This document shows positions 1-13,200 of a stretch of 61,323 nucleotides of DNA, one piece after another. Source of the stretch: Nemertoderma westbladi (Eukaryota; Animalia; Xenacoelomorpha); NCBI GenBank assembly GCA_032718475.1, contig JAUCBJ010002117.1, positions 1-61,323 on the forward strand, given 5' to 3'. The number at the start of each line of letters is the position of its first letter. The first letter of the stretch is position 1. The position numbers were made by a program, and so were the translations under genes. A model generated the notes under the pieces. The model did not search any database, had not been told where the DNA came from, and saw only the letters and a program-made list of their open reading frames with translations.

Positions 1-142
1 ATGGATAAAATAAGGGGAGGGGAAATGAATGAATCATTTACTTCGAGTATATGTGGTTACAAATATCAGCAGAAATAAAGTGTTATATCAAAGTAAAAGA
101 AATGGGACGAATGAAAAGGCGTGCAAGTGAGTGGACGGGAGC

Positions 143-183
143 GGGCGAGCGAGCGAGCGAGCGAGCGAGCGAGCGAGCGAGCG
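143..183. repeat. (GAGC)n microsatellite
   Basis: Run of gcgagcgagcga...; produces the ERASERAS/SLARSLAR low-complexity ORFs. Confidence 0.9.
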
Positions 184-496
184 GTAAAAAACAATTTGTG
201 ACAACCGGTGGAGAAAATAGGAAGACTGACGAAATTGCTCAGAATGAAGTATTAGTATATAATGGTAAATTATTACATCGCGAGGTGATAACAGGAGGTC
301 AAGATGCTGAATGGAGGGGGTCAGGCCTAAAACATGAGGTTTGCATTGATGTAACACATGACAGGCATACTAGGGCTAACAAATTAGTAGATTCGACCAA
401 TGAATGTGCAGAGATTCAATAATTCTGTTTGAGGTTGATGGGCGTTGTGAAGGGTTATATTATTAATTATATAATATAATGTCAGTATATATCGAG

Positions 497-755
497 AGGG
501 GGGTGGTTATATGAGTGAACATGTGGCATCCCGCTTTCACCTGGGGCCACTTACAGTACTTGATAATGTTAGTGGGACTGAGGGGGGGTTTATTATATGA
601 ATGAAATGTGGAATCCCGCTGTAACCCGAGTCCACGTACTGTACAAAATGATCATGTTAGTAAGACAAGACTTGGGGGGTTTATTATATGAATGAAATGT
701 GGAATCCCGCTGTAACCCGAGTCCACGTACTGTACGAAATGATCATGTTAGTAAG
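497..755. repeat. Three ~88-bp tandem copies (one degenerate, two near-identical)
   Basis: ggggg..ttattatatgaatgaaatgtggaatcccgctgtaacccgagtccacgtactgtac..aatgatcatgttagtaag at ~585 and ~675; diverged copy at ~500. Confidence 0.8.
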
Positions 756-1044
756 ATGGATGGGTGTGTCGTACGTATTTTGATGATTTAAATGGTCAGA
801 TTATATTGAGGGTGCCGCACCAAGTCAAGGAATTTTGTTAGTTTCTGCTATAGATAGACTGGTCAATCTACGGGAATGAAAGTCTAGTTTTTCGGTATGT
901 GTGTGTACAAGTATGCAAACATGCGAACCTTTTGATTAAAATACCGGCGACAACAATGACATAATTTGGGGACGAAGTGAGTATTACAATTTTGGGACAA
1001 AACGATAAATACATAACTGAGGCGAAAATAAGAGAGGACAGGGC

Positions 1045-1305
1045 GTCAAGTACTAACACAATCAACTCACGTGTAGAGTTAGTAAGAAAGTGAAAGTAAT
1101 TGAGAGGGTGAGGTCAAGTACTAGCACTAACAACTCGCGATCGGAGTTAGTAAGAAAGTGAAAGTAATTGAGAGGGTGAGGTCGAGTACTACCACAATCA
1201 ACTCACGTGTGGAGTTAGTAAGAAAGTGAAAGTAATTGAGAGGATGAGGTCAAGTACTAGCACTAACAACTCGCGATCGGAGTTAGTAAGAAAGTGAAAG
1301 TAATT
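1045..1305. repeat. 68-bp tandem repeat x4 with alternating A/B variants, followed by a (GA)n tract to ~1351
   Basis: gtc(a/g)agtact starts at 1045, 1113, 1181, 1249; cores alternate actcacgtgt / actcgcgatc. Confidence 0.9.
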
Positions 1306-1446
1306 AACACAGAGTGAGAGAGAGAGTGAGTGAGAGAGAGAGAGAGAGAGAAATCGATTAAAGGCGGGTAAAGCGAGTGAGGTAAAGTAAATCGAGTGAT
1401 ATAAAGTGAATGTTAAAGGAAATGTTAGAGCGTTGGTTGACAGGCA

Positions 1447-1596
1447 CCCCTAAACATCAGCTGGAGACAACACATGATAAATGCCGATCTTTATGGTACA
1501 ATACCGCCTGTATCAACCACCCTCCGTGAACGCAGATTAAGATTCAGTGGGCACTGCTGGAGAAGTAAACATGAGGTCATACCAGATCTACTTTTC
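1447..1596 (+). mobile_element. Short fragment of an RTE-type LINE (same family as 24672-25615 and 56290-56850)
   Basis: ccctaaacatcagctggagacaacacat...gcagattaagattcagtgggcactgctgg closely matches 56548-56660. Confidence 0.85.
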
Positions 1597-1923
1597 CGGT
1601 CACGTATTTAATACGAAGGTAGCAAATATAATAAATAATCCGAGTGTTGATGGTTTTTCATTGAAATACAGGTATAGAGTTTTACGCAGGTTAGACACTT
1701 TAGTATCCCGGGACAAGTTCTACAATCACTGATGTCTGTCGCAACCCCTGTTGCATGTCCAGCAAATTAAGTCCTACGATGGTATCCAACATTTAATTAA
1801 ATAAAATCATTATCTTTCAATTTTTGAATAATATTGTGCTTCGCGCCTTATAAACAACACTTCCTACTACTACCTTCGGCATGCTGCATTTCAGCTGCAT
1901 TATATATATATATTACATATATA

Positions 1924-2860
1924 TTATGGATGCTGTGCCGGCTTGTCGACGACAAAATTGCACCGCCACAACTCCCTATCACACATGACATTTGCTAGAT
2001 CATCTGCATCCTCATGGTCAGTGTCCTTTAAGATGCATCTCAAGAAAGTCATGGGCTGTCCACCATGCTTATTCACTCCATGAGACCGCCAAAGCACAAG
2101 ATTATGCACTGGCTGGTCCTCACGGCGAAAGCAATGTCCTACAACGCGGAGACGGCTCTGTTATAGTGTCAAGATTGGGGGAACCAATGAGACACCTCCA
2201 ATATTATGGTGTCTGGTTGGCTATTTCTGCATTGTACTTGACACAGTGAACCCGGCGTAACATTCTTGTGAATGTACCATCCAGAGATTAGATGTCCTCG
2301 GCAGTTAGAGCCCAACATCCCATAGAGTAGTGCTGGAAATACTGCTGCTCTAAATATTCGGACCTTAAGTTTCCGAATATTTTTCTGTGACTTCCAAATC
2401 ATGGAAAGCCTATTCAAGGCTGCCCATGCCTTTCCCTTACGTGTTCGAAGGTCCTCACCTGACTTCCGGATCCATGATCCCAGGTAACAGAAGTTGTCCA
2501 CATGCTCAAGCATACCATCCTTTGAGCTTATGCTCATCCGGTCAGAGACTTGCTGAGGACTTTCAAAGTTAACTGTCAAAATTTTGGTCTTTTTGGAGTT
2601 AATAAAAAGACCAACACTAGAAGCAGCCTGTTCTAATGAGCTGAGGAGCCGTAGGGCTCCCTCTTGTGATTCTGAGAGTACTCCTAAGTCATCAGCAAAG
2701 TCTAGATCAGTTAGGTACCTGGCAGGATTTCCTCGACTTCTGGAGCCAATAGGAGGAGTTACCATCACCCCATCATCATTATGATGATATAAGGACATGC
2801 GTAGAACCCTAACACTTAGAATGGGTCTGTGTCACCGTCAACAGTAGACACTTCATAAAG
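1924..2860 (-). mobile_element. Degenerate RTE-type LINE, 3' part of reverse transcriptase (second family)
   Basis: YLTDLDFADDL catalytic motif, VGLFINSKKTK, VDNFCYLGS, RKGKAW..L..IWKS, IFRAAV.P.LLYG; frameshifted 3' end (LVLW...HG...GGQP) followed by (TA)n. Confidence 0.85.
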
Positions 2861-3307
2861 TAACTACTGTTTTATATTAACGTGATTTTTAGATTTATTT
2901 GGCCAATGAGAGAACGCTAAAGGACCTAGGCATTATCACGTCAAACTGTATGGGGTCGTTGTGAATTTGATGGTCCGAATCATCCAATTAGAATCTGATG
3001 TGGATTTACCGTTCGGAAACTTCACGGTTTAATCGCAGCAGTCGGACGACTTCTCACGGCAAATTCACGGTTTATCCTCGAAAAATCTTCAACTTATTCA
3101 CTGCAAAGCTTACCGCTTAATCATAATCATGGCTAATCCTGACTTATTTACTATAATTCCTGTGGTTTATTCACGATAAATATTTTGCCGTGCGACAATC
3201 CACAGCTTACTCACGAAGTATCACGCCTGTAGGTTTATATTTGGTGTGTATTTGTTGTACATTTGGCCCCTGTAGGTTAAAACTTAGCAGTTGGTAATTA
3301 TTTCCAG

Positions 3308-3401
3308 GAACTAAAAGAAATCAACCTTGATTCATTGGTTCGCTTTGAAGTCACCGCCAAATTTCCCATTATCCAGGCCCATCTCGCGTGGGCTCAACCG
3401 G
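3308..3401 (+). CDS. Internal exon A of a single-pass membrane protein gene (ELKEINLDSLVRFEVTAKFPIIQAHLAWAQP)
   Basis: tttccag|GAA acceptor, G|gttagt donor; 94 nt, phase 0 to 1, joins exon B in frame. Upstream exons not identified. Confidence 0.6.
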
Positions 3402-4307
3402 GTTAGTATTTTACTTAATTTACTGCGTAAATATTCGAACATTATTAATTAAAATATTATTTAAGCGAAAAAAAGGTTTGTATTATTTTATGACAACAAG
3501 GAACGAAACGTAATCAAGGACCTCGGCTTGTCAGCTGTCACATTTTTTGATAATGGTTTTCAGGTAGAAAACTGGGCCAAAAGCGTTCCAGGATCGGGAC
3601 AGATATTTCAAAAGTTACAGATATTCTGCGTATTTCGAAAATTTCCTCATTAAACCATTTTAATTAAATATCATTATCATTATATTTGCAAATTAATCGA
3701 AAAATCAAAATCGTACAAGGTAATGTAGTATGTATCAAGGCCATCGTAATTACGATGTATTACAATGGCCTTCTTGGTAGTATCTATGAATCAGATGTAA
3801 ATAAATGTTGCCCAGCTACGCAGGTGCCTGATGCTCTATTGTACTAGAGGATACGATCCTCCAGATAGTCCCACTACAACAAATAATAATCATATTACCC
3901 CCAACATAGGACTACCACTACTATTGTTGGCCTAGAAGCCACTATCTACTAACCACTATCTCAATTTCATTTCTGTCTTACTGTCGGTCGGACGGTTGGT
4001 CTGTCTGTCTGTCTGTAGATTTGATCTTTGAAAGATTTATGTTCTCCAATCTGCCGTTAGAACCCGCGGTCAATCTTATTGAAATCGCTTGCTACTTCCG
4101 CTCGCGGCCCTGGGATTTAAGTGATTTCTGGGCGAGCGGTAAATTAAGCTTTTTTTATTTACCGTACAATAAATAGTTATAATGGGGAAGTTTTAAAAAT
4201 GTTTTTAATTATTTTATTTTTATAGCACACCTACTACTTTAAATTTATGGATATATATATATATTTTTTAGATATATTTATATTTAGATATATATTTATT
4301 ATTGTAG

Positions 4308-4424
4308 ATAAACTGGTGTTGGGACCGGTACATTGCGCCCTAGAGTTTTGGGCTGATGGTCATCACAAACTTAAGTATTTCACATTCAGTGTAAACAACT
4401 CTGCGAACGATCCAACCGATATAG
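4308..4424 (+). CDS. Exon B (DKLVLGPVHCALEFWADGHHKLKYFTFSVNNSANDPTDI)
   Basis: ttgtag|AT acceptor, AG|gtaagt consensus donor; 117 nt, phase 1 to 1, open frame. Confidence 0.7.
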
Positions 4425-5086
4425 GTAAGTTGTGAAATACTGTACGCCTACAGTATAACGGTTCTTTATATCCCGCCCTACAGTATAACGGTTCTTTATA
4501 TCCCACCTTACTTTTATCTCTCTAGGGCAATAAATAACATTCTAAAATACTCAAAGATCGCCAATATTTCGTATATAAAGGCAATTGTTTTATGAATATA
4601 ATACTTTATGCAGAAATTCAAACCTTCTTAGACACTTAGTCTAATATGTCCCACGGACTACAAGTCCGGAATACAGATTGATCTTTATTCCTACGAATAC
4701 GTAGAAAAGAAACAAAGGGAACTTATTTTCTTAAAAATATCGGGTTTTTACCTTCCGATACATTTAATGGATAAGAGCTGATTTATATTCCTAAAAGTTG
4801 CAGAACTACCTGTGTGGTGTGCTAATACCGCTGTTAAAACATGATATCCTAATCGTCGGTAACTGAAATCGGTTGTTTTTCCTGGTACTTCGGCATACTG
4901 GTACGTCAGACACACCACCTAACGTTACTTACTACAAGGAGCGTGGAGTTACTATGAATCCGATGCGATGAAGGGTGCCGCTACCGGTACAACAGTTCAA
5001 TGCCAACAAAGGGGAGGTGGATATTACGGATCCCGGGAGGGGACATGACAAAAATCAGCATATATTATATATTAATTGGTTTACAG

Positions 5087-5193
5087 ATGTAACTTTTAAC
5101 ATGACGTACAACGCTTCCTTACTACCGACATCCGTACAATGTTTCGTTGATGTCTGCAGTAATTCTACAGCCTATGGAAATCCATACTTACCT
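5087..5193 (+). CDS. Exon C (DVTFNMTYNASLLPTSVQCFVDVCSNSTAYGNPYLP); A-C together resemble a divergent fibronectin type III-like ectodomain
   Basis: tttacag|AT acceptor, CCT|gtaagt donor; 107 nt, phase 1 to 0; N-glycosylation sequons NMT, NAS, NST. FN3 resemblance (L-x-W-x-x-P ... F-N-M-T-Y) is inference. Confidence 0.7.
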
Positions 5194-8100
5194 GTAAGTT
5201 ATTATACAACCTATGGACTGCCATACTTAAAGCCTGTAAGTTATTATACAACCTATGGACTGCCATACTTAAATCCCGTAAGTTATTATACAACCTATGG
5301 ACTGCCATACTTACAGCTTGTAAGTTATTATACAACCTATGGACTGCCATACTTAAAGCCTGTAAGTTATTATACAACCTATGGACTGCCATACTTAAAT
5401 CCCGTAAGTTATTATACAACCTATGGACTGCCATACTTAAAGCCTGTAAGTTATTATACAACCTATGGACTGCCATACTTAAATCCCGTAAGTTATTATA
5501 CAACCTATGGACTGCCATACTTAAAGCCTGTAAGTTATTATACAACCTATGGACTGCCATACTTAAATCCCGTAAGTTATTATACAACCTATGGACTGCC
5601 ATACTTACAGCTTGTAAGTTATTATACAACCTATGGACTGCCATACTTAAAGCCTGTAAGTTATTATACAACCTATGGACTGCCATACTTAAATCCCGTA
5701 AGTTATTATACAACCTATGGACTGCCATACTTAAAGCCTGTAAGTTATTATACAACCTATGGACTGCCATACTTAAAGCCTGTAAGTTATTATACAACCT
5801 ATGGACTGCCATACTTAAATCCCGTAAGTTATTATACAACCTATGGACTGCCATACTTAAATCCCGTAAGTTATTATACAACCTATGGACTGCCATACTT
5901 AAAGCCTGTAAGTTATTATACAACCTATGGACTGCCATACTTAAAGCCTGTAAGTTATTATACAACCTATGGACTGCCATACTTAAAGCCTGTAAGTTAT
6001 TATACAACCTATGAACTGCCGTACTTAAATCCCGTAAGTTATTATACAACCTATGGACTGCCATACTTAAATCCCGTAAGTTATTATACAACCTATGGAC
6101 TGCCATACTTAAATCCCGTAAGTTATTATACAACCTATGGACTGCCATACTTACAGCTTGTAAGTTATTATACAACCTATGAACTGCCGTACTTAAATCC
6201 CGTAAGTTATTATACAACCTATGGACTGCCATACTTAAATCCCGTAAGTTATTATACAACCTATGGACTGCCATACTTAAATCCCGTAAGTTATTATACA
6301 ACCTATGGACTGCCATACTTAAATCCCGTAAGTTATTATACAACCTATGGACTGCCATACTTAAATCCCGTAAGTTATTATACAACCTATGGACTGCCAT
6401 ACTTAAATCCCGTAAGTTATTATACAACCTATGGACTGCCATACTTACAGCTTGTAAGTTATTATACAACCTATGAACTGCCGTACTTAAATCCCGTAAG
6501 TTATTATACAACCTATGGACTGCCATACTTAAATCCCGTAAGTTATTATACAACCTATGGACTGCCATACTTAAATCCCGTAAGTTATTATACAACCTAT
6601 GGACTGCCATACTTAAATCCCGTAAGTTATTATACAACCTATGGACTGCCATACTTACAGCTTGTAAGTTATTATACAACCTATGGACTGCCATACTTAA
6701 AGCCTGTAAGTTATTATACAACCTATGGACTGCCATACTTAAATCCCGTAAGTTATTATACAACCTATGGACTGCCATACTTAAAGCCTGTAAGTTATTA
6801 TACAACCTATGGACTGCCATACTTAAATCCCGTAAGTTATTATACAACCTATGGACTGCCATACTTAAATCCCGTAAGTTATTATACAACCTATGGACTG
6901 ACGTACTTAAATCCCGTAAGTTATTATACAACCTATGGACTGCCATACTTAAAGCTTGTAAGTTATTATACAACCTTTGGACTGCCATACTTAAATCCCG
7001 TAAGTTATTATACAACCTATGGACTGCCATACTTAAAGCTTGTAAGTTATTATACAACCTTTGGACTGCCATACTTAAATCCCGTAAGTTATTATACAAC
7101 CTATGGACTGCCATACTTAAAGCCTGTAAGTTATTATACAACCTATGGACTGCCATACTTAAATCCCGTAAGTTATTATACACCCTATGGACTGACGTAC
7201 TTAAATCCCGTAAGTTATTATACAACCTATGGACTGCCATACTTAAAGCTTGTAAGTTATTATACAACCTTTGGACTGCCATACTTAAATCCCGTAAGTT
7301 ATTATACAACCTATGGACTGCCATACTTAAAGCCTGTAAGTTATTATACAACCTATGGACTGCCATACTTAAATCCCGTAAGTTATTATACAACCTATGG
7401 ACTGCCATACTTACAGCTTGTAAGTTATTATACAACCTATGGACTGCCATACTTAAAGCCTGTAAGTTATTATACAACCTATGGACTGCCATACTTAAAT
7501 CCCGTAAGTTATTATACAACCTATGGACTGCCATACTTAAAGCCTGTAAGTTATTATACAACCTATGGACTGCCATACTTAAATCCCGTAAGTTATTATA
7601 CAACCTATGGACTGCCATACTTACAGCTTGTAAGTTATTATACAACCTATGGACTGCCATACTTAAAGCTTGTAAGTTATTATACAACCTTTGGACTGCC
7701 ATACTTAAATCCCGTAAGTTATTATACAACCTATGGACTGCCATACTTAAAGCCTGTAAGTTATTATACAACCTATGGACTGCCATACTTAAATCCCGTA
7801 AGTTATTATACAACCTATGGACTGCCATACTTACAGCTTGTAAGTTATTATACAACCTATGGACTGCCATACTTAAAGCTTGTAAGTTATTATACAACCT
7901 ATGGACTGCCATACTTAAATCCCGTAAGTTATTATACAACCTATGGACTGCCATACTTACAGCTTGTAAGTTATTATACAACCTATGGACTGCCATACTT
8001 AAAGCTTGTAAGTTATTATACAACCTATGGACTGCCATACTTAAAGCTTGTAAGTTATTATACAACCTTTGGACTGCCATACTTAAATCCCGTAAGTTAT

Positions 8101-9190
8101 TATACAACCTATGGACTGCCATACTTAAAGCTTGTAAGTTATTATACAACCTATGGACTGCCATACTTAAATCCCGTAAGTTATTATACAACCTATGAAC
8201 TGCCGTACTTAAATCCCGTAAGTTATTATACAACCTATGGACTGCCATACTTAAAGCTTGTAAGTTATTATACACCCTATGGACTGCCATACTTAAATCC
8301 CGTAAGTTATTATACAAACTATGGACTGCCGTACTTAAATCCCGTAAGTTATTATACAACCTATGGACTGCCATACTTAAATCCCGAAAGTTATTATACA
8401 ACCTATGGACTGCCATACTTAAATCCCGTAAGTTATTATACAACTTATGGACTGCCATACTTAAAGCCTGTAAGTTATTATACAACCTATGGACTGCCAT
8501 AATTAAATCCCGTAAGTTATTATACAACAACCTATGGACTGCCATACTTAAATCCCGTAAGTTATTATACAACCTATGGACTGCCGTACTTAAATCCCGT
8601 AAGTTATTATACAACCTATGGACTGCCATACTTAAAGCTTGTAAGTTATTATACAACCTATGGACTGCCATACTTAAAGCTTGTAAGTTATTATACAACC
8701 TATGGACTGCCATACTTAAATCCCGTAAGTTATTATACAACCTATGAACTGCCGTACTTAAATCCCGTAAGTTATTATACAACCTATGGACTGCCATACT
8801 TAAAGCTTGTAAGTTATTATACACCCTATGGACTGCCATACTTAAATCCCGTAAGTTATTATACAACCTATGGACTGCCGTACTTAAATCCCGTAAGTTA
8901 TTATACAACCTATGGACTGCCATACTTAACTCCCGAAAGTTATTATACAACCTATGGACTGCCATACTTAAATCCCGTAAGTTATTATACAACTTATGGA
9001 CTGCCATACTTAAAGCCTGTAAGTTATTATACAACCTATGGAATGCCATATCCAAAGCCTGTAAGTTATACAACCTATGGACTACCATACTTAACGCCTG
9101 TAATATATGTTATATAACCTATCGTGTGCCATATTTAAAGCCTGTAAGTTATACAACCTATGGACTGCCATAATTAAAGCCTAAAAGTTA
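5164..9190. repeat. 42-bp minisatellite (~95 copies) derived from the exon C / intron junction
   Basis: Unit tatacaacctatggactgccatacttaaa(gcct/tccc)gtaagttat; the first, diverged unit is the exon end tctacagcctatggaaatccatacttacct|gtaagttat. Confidence 0.97.
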
Positions 9191-9315
9191 GTCTACAGCC
9201 ATTGCCATATTTGCATTAAACATTCCGGCCTATAATTTCCTATAATTTTATGAATGCCATAGATTAGTTTATATTACATAATTATTTATTTTATAATCAA
9301 ATGGATTTATTGCAG

Positions 9316-9406
9316 TGCAGTACCAACAACAAACACCACGCAGTGCCTCACTCGAGTAAAATAGACACAAGAAAACATGTATTTGATGATGATGATCTTA
9401 TTGAAG
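9316..9406 (+). CDS. Exon D, juxtamembrane stalk (CSTNNKHHAVPHSSKIDTRKHVFDDDDLIE)
   Basis: ttattgcag|TGC acceptor, AAG|gtttgt donor; 91 nt, phase 0 to 1, bridges exons C and E exactly. Confidence 0.65.
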
Positions 9407-9635
9407 GTTTGTTTAATTAAATGAATAATTATTAATGCCATTCAATAAATTATTATTTATTCATTATTAAGAGTTTTTAATACAATTATTGTATTGAAAT
9501 ATTTTCACGCTCTTCTAGAATATATTTTTCAAAACAAACTGATTATGTGAGAGCAGCTGTATCTGTTCTGCCGTTCCTTAGTTACCGGATTCCATTAGAT
9601 ATCTTTACGTTTACAGTAATCATTCTTTATCACAG

Positions 9636-9767
9636 CACCATCACAGACCTCGCCGATGCCGCCGTATAAGGAACTCCATATCACTTACTTGGCTATCATT
9701 GGCGTTGGCTCTGTTGTAGTTTGTGGGATATTGTTCATTGTTATTATTTGTGTATACAAGTGTACAG
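9636..9767 (+). CDS. Exon E, transmembrane segment (APSQTSPMPPYKELHITYLAIIGVGSVVVCGILFIVIICVYKCT)
   Basis: ttctttatcacag|CA acceptor, CAG|gtgagt consensus donor; 132 nt, phase 1 to 1; ~23-residue hydrophobic stretch followed by YKC. Confidence 0.8.
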
Positions 9768-9930
9768 GTGAGTTCATTAGTATGTTATATTATATTCATT
9801 GTAAATGTTATATTTTTTATATATTATATTCGCTTATTTAACTGTACAACTTGATTAATTACGCTGTCCAATTAATTCACGGCAGACAAGCTCCGAATAA
9901 TTTAATATGCAGTATTCGAACGGCATCCCG

Positions 9931-9994
9931 AAGAAAAATGTGGCAGCACGACACCGGGGGTTCAACCCCCGGTGACGTGCTTCCTCATTTTTTC
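9931..9994. repeat. ~64-bp imperfect palindrome (hairpin) in intron
   Basis: aaaaatgtggcagcacgacaccgggggtt-c-aacccccggtgacgtgcttcctcattttt. Confidence 0.85.
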
Positions 9995-10231
9995 AATTTC
10001 TGAACAAAACCATTACATTACAACATTCATTATTATAGTTACATTAACTGCTCAACTCAAATGTTTTCTAACCAAAACAATACACCAAAGTCAATAGCCC
10101 ATGTTTCTGTTTGATTCTAGCTCTTAATCAGTTGAATTTTGCGCTGGTTTACACCTGGTGAGGTTTTCAATTTGCCAAGTGTGTTTCAAGTAACAGCCAC
10201 CCCTTGTAAATCCTGGATTCTTGTAAACAGG

Positions 10232-13200
10232 GACTCCTGTTACCATGGATTCCTGTTACCATGGATTCCTCCCTGCGGATCATTGACTGTTAGTATGTCC
10301 CTTCTCTTTTGTTTTCATGGATTCCTGTTACCATGGATTCCTGTTACATGGATTCCTGTTACCATGGATTCCTGTTACATGGATTCCTGTTACCGTGGAT
10401 TCCTGTTACATGGATTCCTGTTACCATGGATTCCTGTTACCATGGACTCCTGTTACCATGGATTCCTCCCAGTGGATCATTGACTGTTTGTGTGTCCCCT
10501 CACTCCTGTTACCATGGATTCCTGTTACCATGGATTCCTCCCAGCGGATCATTGGCTGTTAGTTTGTCCCCTCACTTCTGTTACCATGGATTTATGTTAC
10601 CATGGATTTCTGTTACCATGGATTCGACCCAGTGGATCATGGACTGTTAGTGTGCCCCCTCACTTCTGTTACCATGGATTCCTGTTACCATGGATTCCTC
10701 CCAGTGGATAATTGACTGTTAGTGTGTCCCCTCACTTCTGTTACCATGGATTCCTGTTACCATGGATTCCTCCCAGTGGATCATTGACTGTTAGTGTGTC
10801 CCCTCACTTCTGTTACCATGGGTTCCTGTTACCATGGATTCCTCCCAGTGGATAATTGACTGTTAGTGTGTCCCCTCACTTCTGTTACCATGGATTCCTG
10901 TTACCATGGATTCCTCCCAGCGGATCATCTACTGTTAGTGTGTCCCATCACTTCTGTTACCATGGATTCCTGTTACCATGGATTCCTGTTACCATGGATT
11001 TCTCCCAGCGGATCATCTACTGTTAGTGTGTCCCCTCACTTCTGTTACCATGGATTCCTCCCAGCGGATCATCTACTGTTAGTGTGTCCTCTCACTTCTG
11101 TTAACATGGATTCCTGTTACCATGGATTCCTCCCAGTGGATAATTGACTGTTAGTGTGTCCCCTCACTTCTGTTACCATGGATTTCTGTTACCATGGATT
11201 CCTGTTACCATGGATTCCACCCAGTGGATCATGGACTGTTAGTGTGCCCCCTCACTTCTGTTACCATGGATTCCTGTTACCATGGATTCCTCCCAGAGGA
11301 TAATTGACTGTTAGTGTGTCCCCTCACTTCTGTTACCATGGATTCCTGTTACCATGGATTTTGCCAGTGGATCATTGACTCTTAGTGTGTCCCCTCACTT
11401 CTGTTACCATGGATTCCTGTTACCATGGATTCCTCCCATCGGATCATCTACTGTTAGTGTGTCCCCTCACTTCTGTTACCATGGATTCCATTGACTGTTA
11501 GTTTGTACCCTCTCTTCTGTTACCATGGATTCCATTGACTGTTAGTTTGTACCCTCTCTTCTGTTACCATGGATTCCTGTTACCATGGATTCCTCCCAGA
11601 GGATAATTGTCTGTTAGTGTGTCCCCTCACTTCTGTTACCATGGATTCCTGTTACCATGGATTCCTCCCAGCGGATTATCGACTGTTAGTGTGTCCTCTC
11701 ACTTCTGTTAACATGGATTCCTGTTACCATGGATTCCTCCCAGTGGATAATTGACTGTTAGTGTGTCCCCTCACTTCTGTTACCATGGATTTCTGTTACC
11801 ATGGATTCCTGTTACCATGGATTCCACCCAGTGGATCATGGACTGTTAGTGTGCCCCCTCACTTCTGTTACCATGGATTCCTGTTACCATGGATTCCTCC
11901 CAGAGGATAATTGACTGTTAGTGTGTCCCCTCACTTCTGTTACCATGGATTCCTGTTACCATGGATTTTGCCAGTGGATCATTGACTCTTAGTGTGTCCC
12001 CTCACTTCTGTTACCATGGATTCCTGTTACCATGGATTCCTCCCAGCGGATCATCTACTGTTAGTGTGTCCCCTCACTTCTGTTACCATGGATTCCATTG
12101 ACTGTTAGTTTGTACCCTCTCTTCTGTTACCATGGATTCCATTGACTGTTAGTTTGTACCCTCTCTTCTGTTACCATGGATTCCTGTTACCATGGATTCC
12201 TCCCAGAGGATAATTGACTGTTAGTCTGTCCCCTCACTTCTGTTACCATGGATTCCTGTTACCATGGATTCCTCCCAGCGGATCATCTACTGTTAGTGTG
12301 TCCCCTCACTTCTGTTACCATGGATTCCATTGACTGTTAGTTTGTCCCCTCACTTCTGTTACCATGGATTCATGTTATCATGGATTCCTGTTACCATAGA
12401 TTCCTGTTACCATGGATTCCTCCCAGCGGATCATCTACTGTTAGTGTGTCCCATCACTTCTGTTACCATGGATTCCATTGACTGTTCGTGTGTCCCCTCA
12501 CTTCTGTTACCATGGATTCCTGTTACCATGGATTCCTCCCAGCGGATCATCTACTGTTAGTGTGCCCCCTCACTTCTGTTACCATGGATTCCTGTTACCA
12601 TGGATTCCTCCCAGCGGATGATCTACTGTTAGTGTGTCCTCTCACTTCTGTTACCATGGATTCCTGTTACTATGGATTCCTCCCAGCGGATCATCCACTG
12701 TTAGTGTGTCCCTTCACTTCTGTTACCATGGATTCCTGTTACCATGGATTCCTCCCAGCGGATCATCTACTGTTAGTGTGTCCCCTCACTTCTGTTACCA
12801 TGGATTCCTGTTACCATGGATTCCTCCCAGCGGATTATCTACTGTTAGTGTGTCCTCTCACTTCTGTTACCATGGATTCCTGTTACCATGGATTCCTCCC
12901 AGCGGATGATCTACTGTTAGTGTGTCCTCTCACTTCTGTTACCATGGATTCCTGTTACCATGGATTCCTGTTACCATGGATTCCTGTTACCATGGATTCC
13001 TCCCAGCGGATCATCTACTGTTAGTGTGTCCTCTCACTTCTGTTACCATGGATTCCTGTTACCATGGATTCCTCCCAGCGGATCATCTACTGTTAGTGTG
13101 TCCCCTCACTTCTGTTACCATGGATTCCTGTTACCATGGATTCCTCCCAGCGGATTATCTACTGTTAGTGTGTCCCCTCACTTCTGTTACCATGGATTCC

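Noticed and set aside
4804-4858. Possible extra exon (ttgcag|aactacc...gtcg|gtaact)
   Set aside because: In the phase required by exon B it hits TGA; exons B and C already join in frame.
4975-8502. 1175-aa ORF as a stand-alone gene
   Set aside because: Starts at a GTG in intron sequence; only 5087-5193 looks like a true exon. Coding use of the repeat is treated as a hypothesis under findings.
5165-9088. 1307-aa minus-strand ORF (MAVHRLYNNL repeats)
   Set aside because: Antisense read of a stop-free 42-bp unit; no unique domain or gene context.
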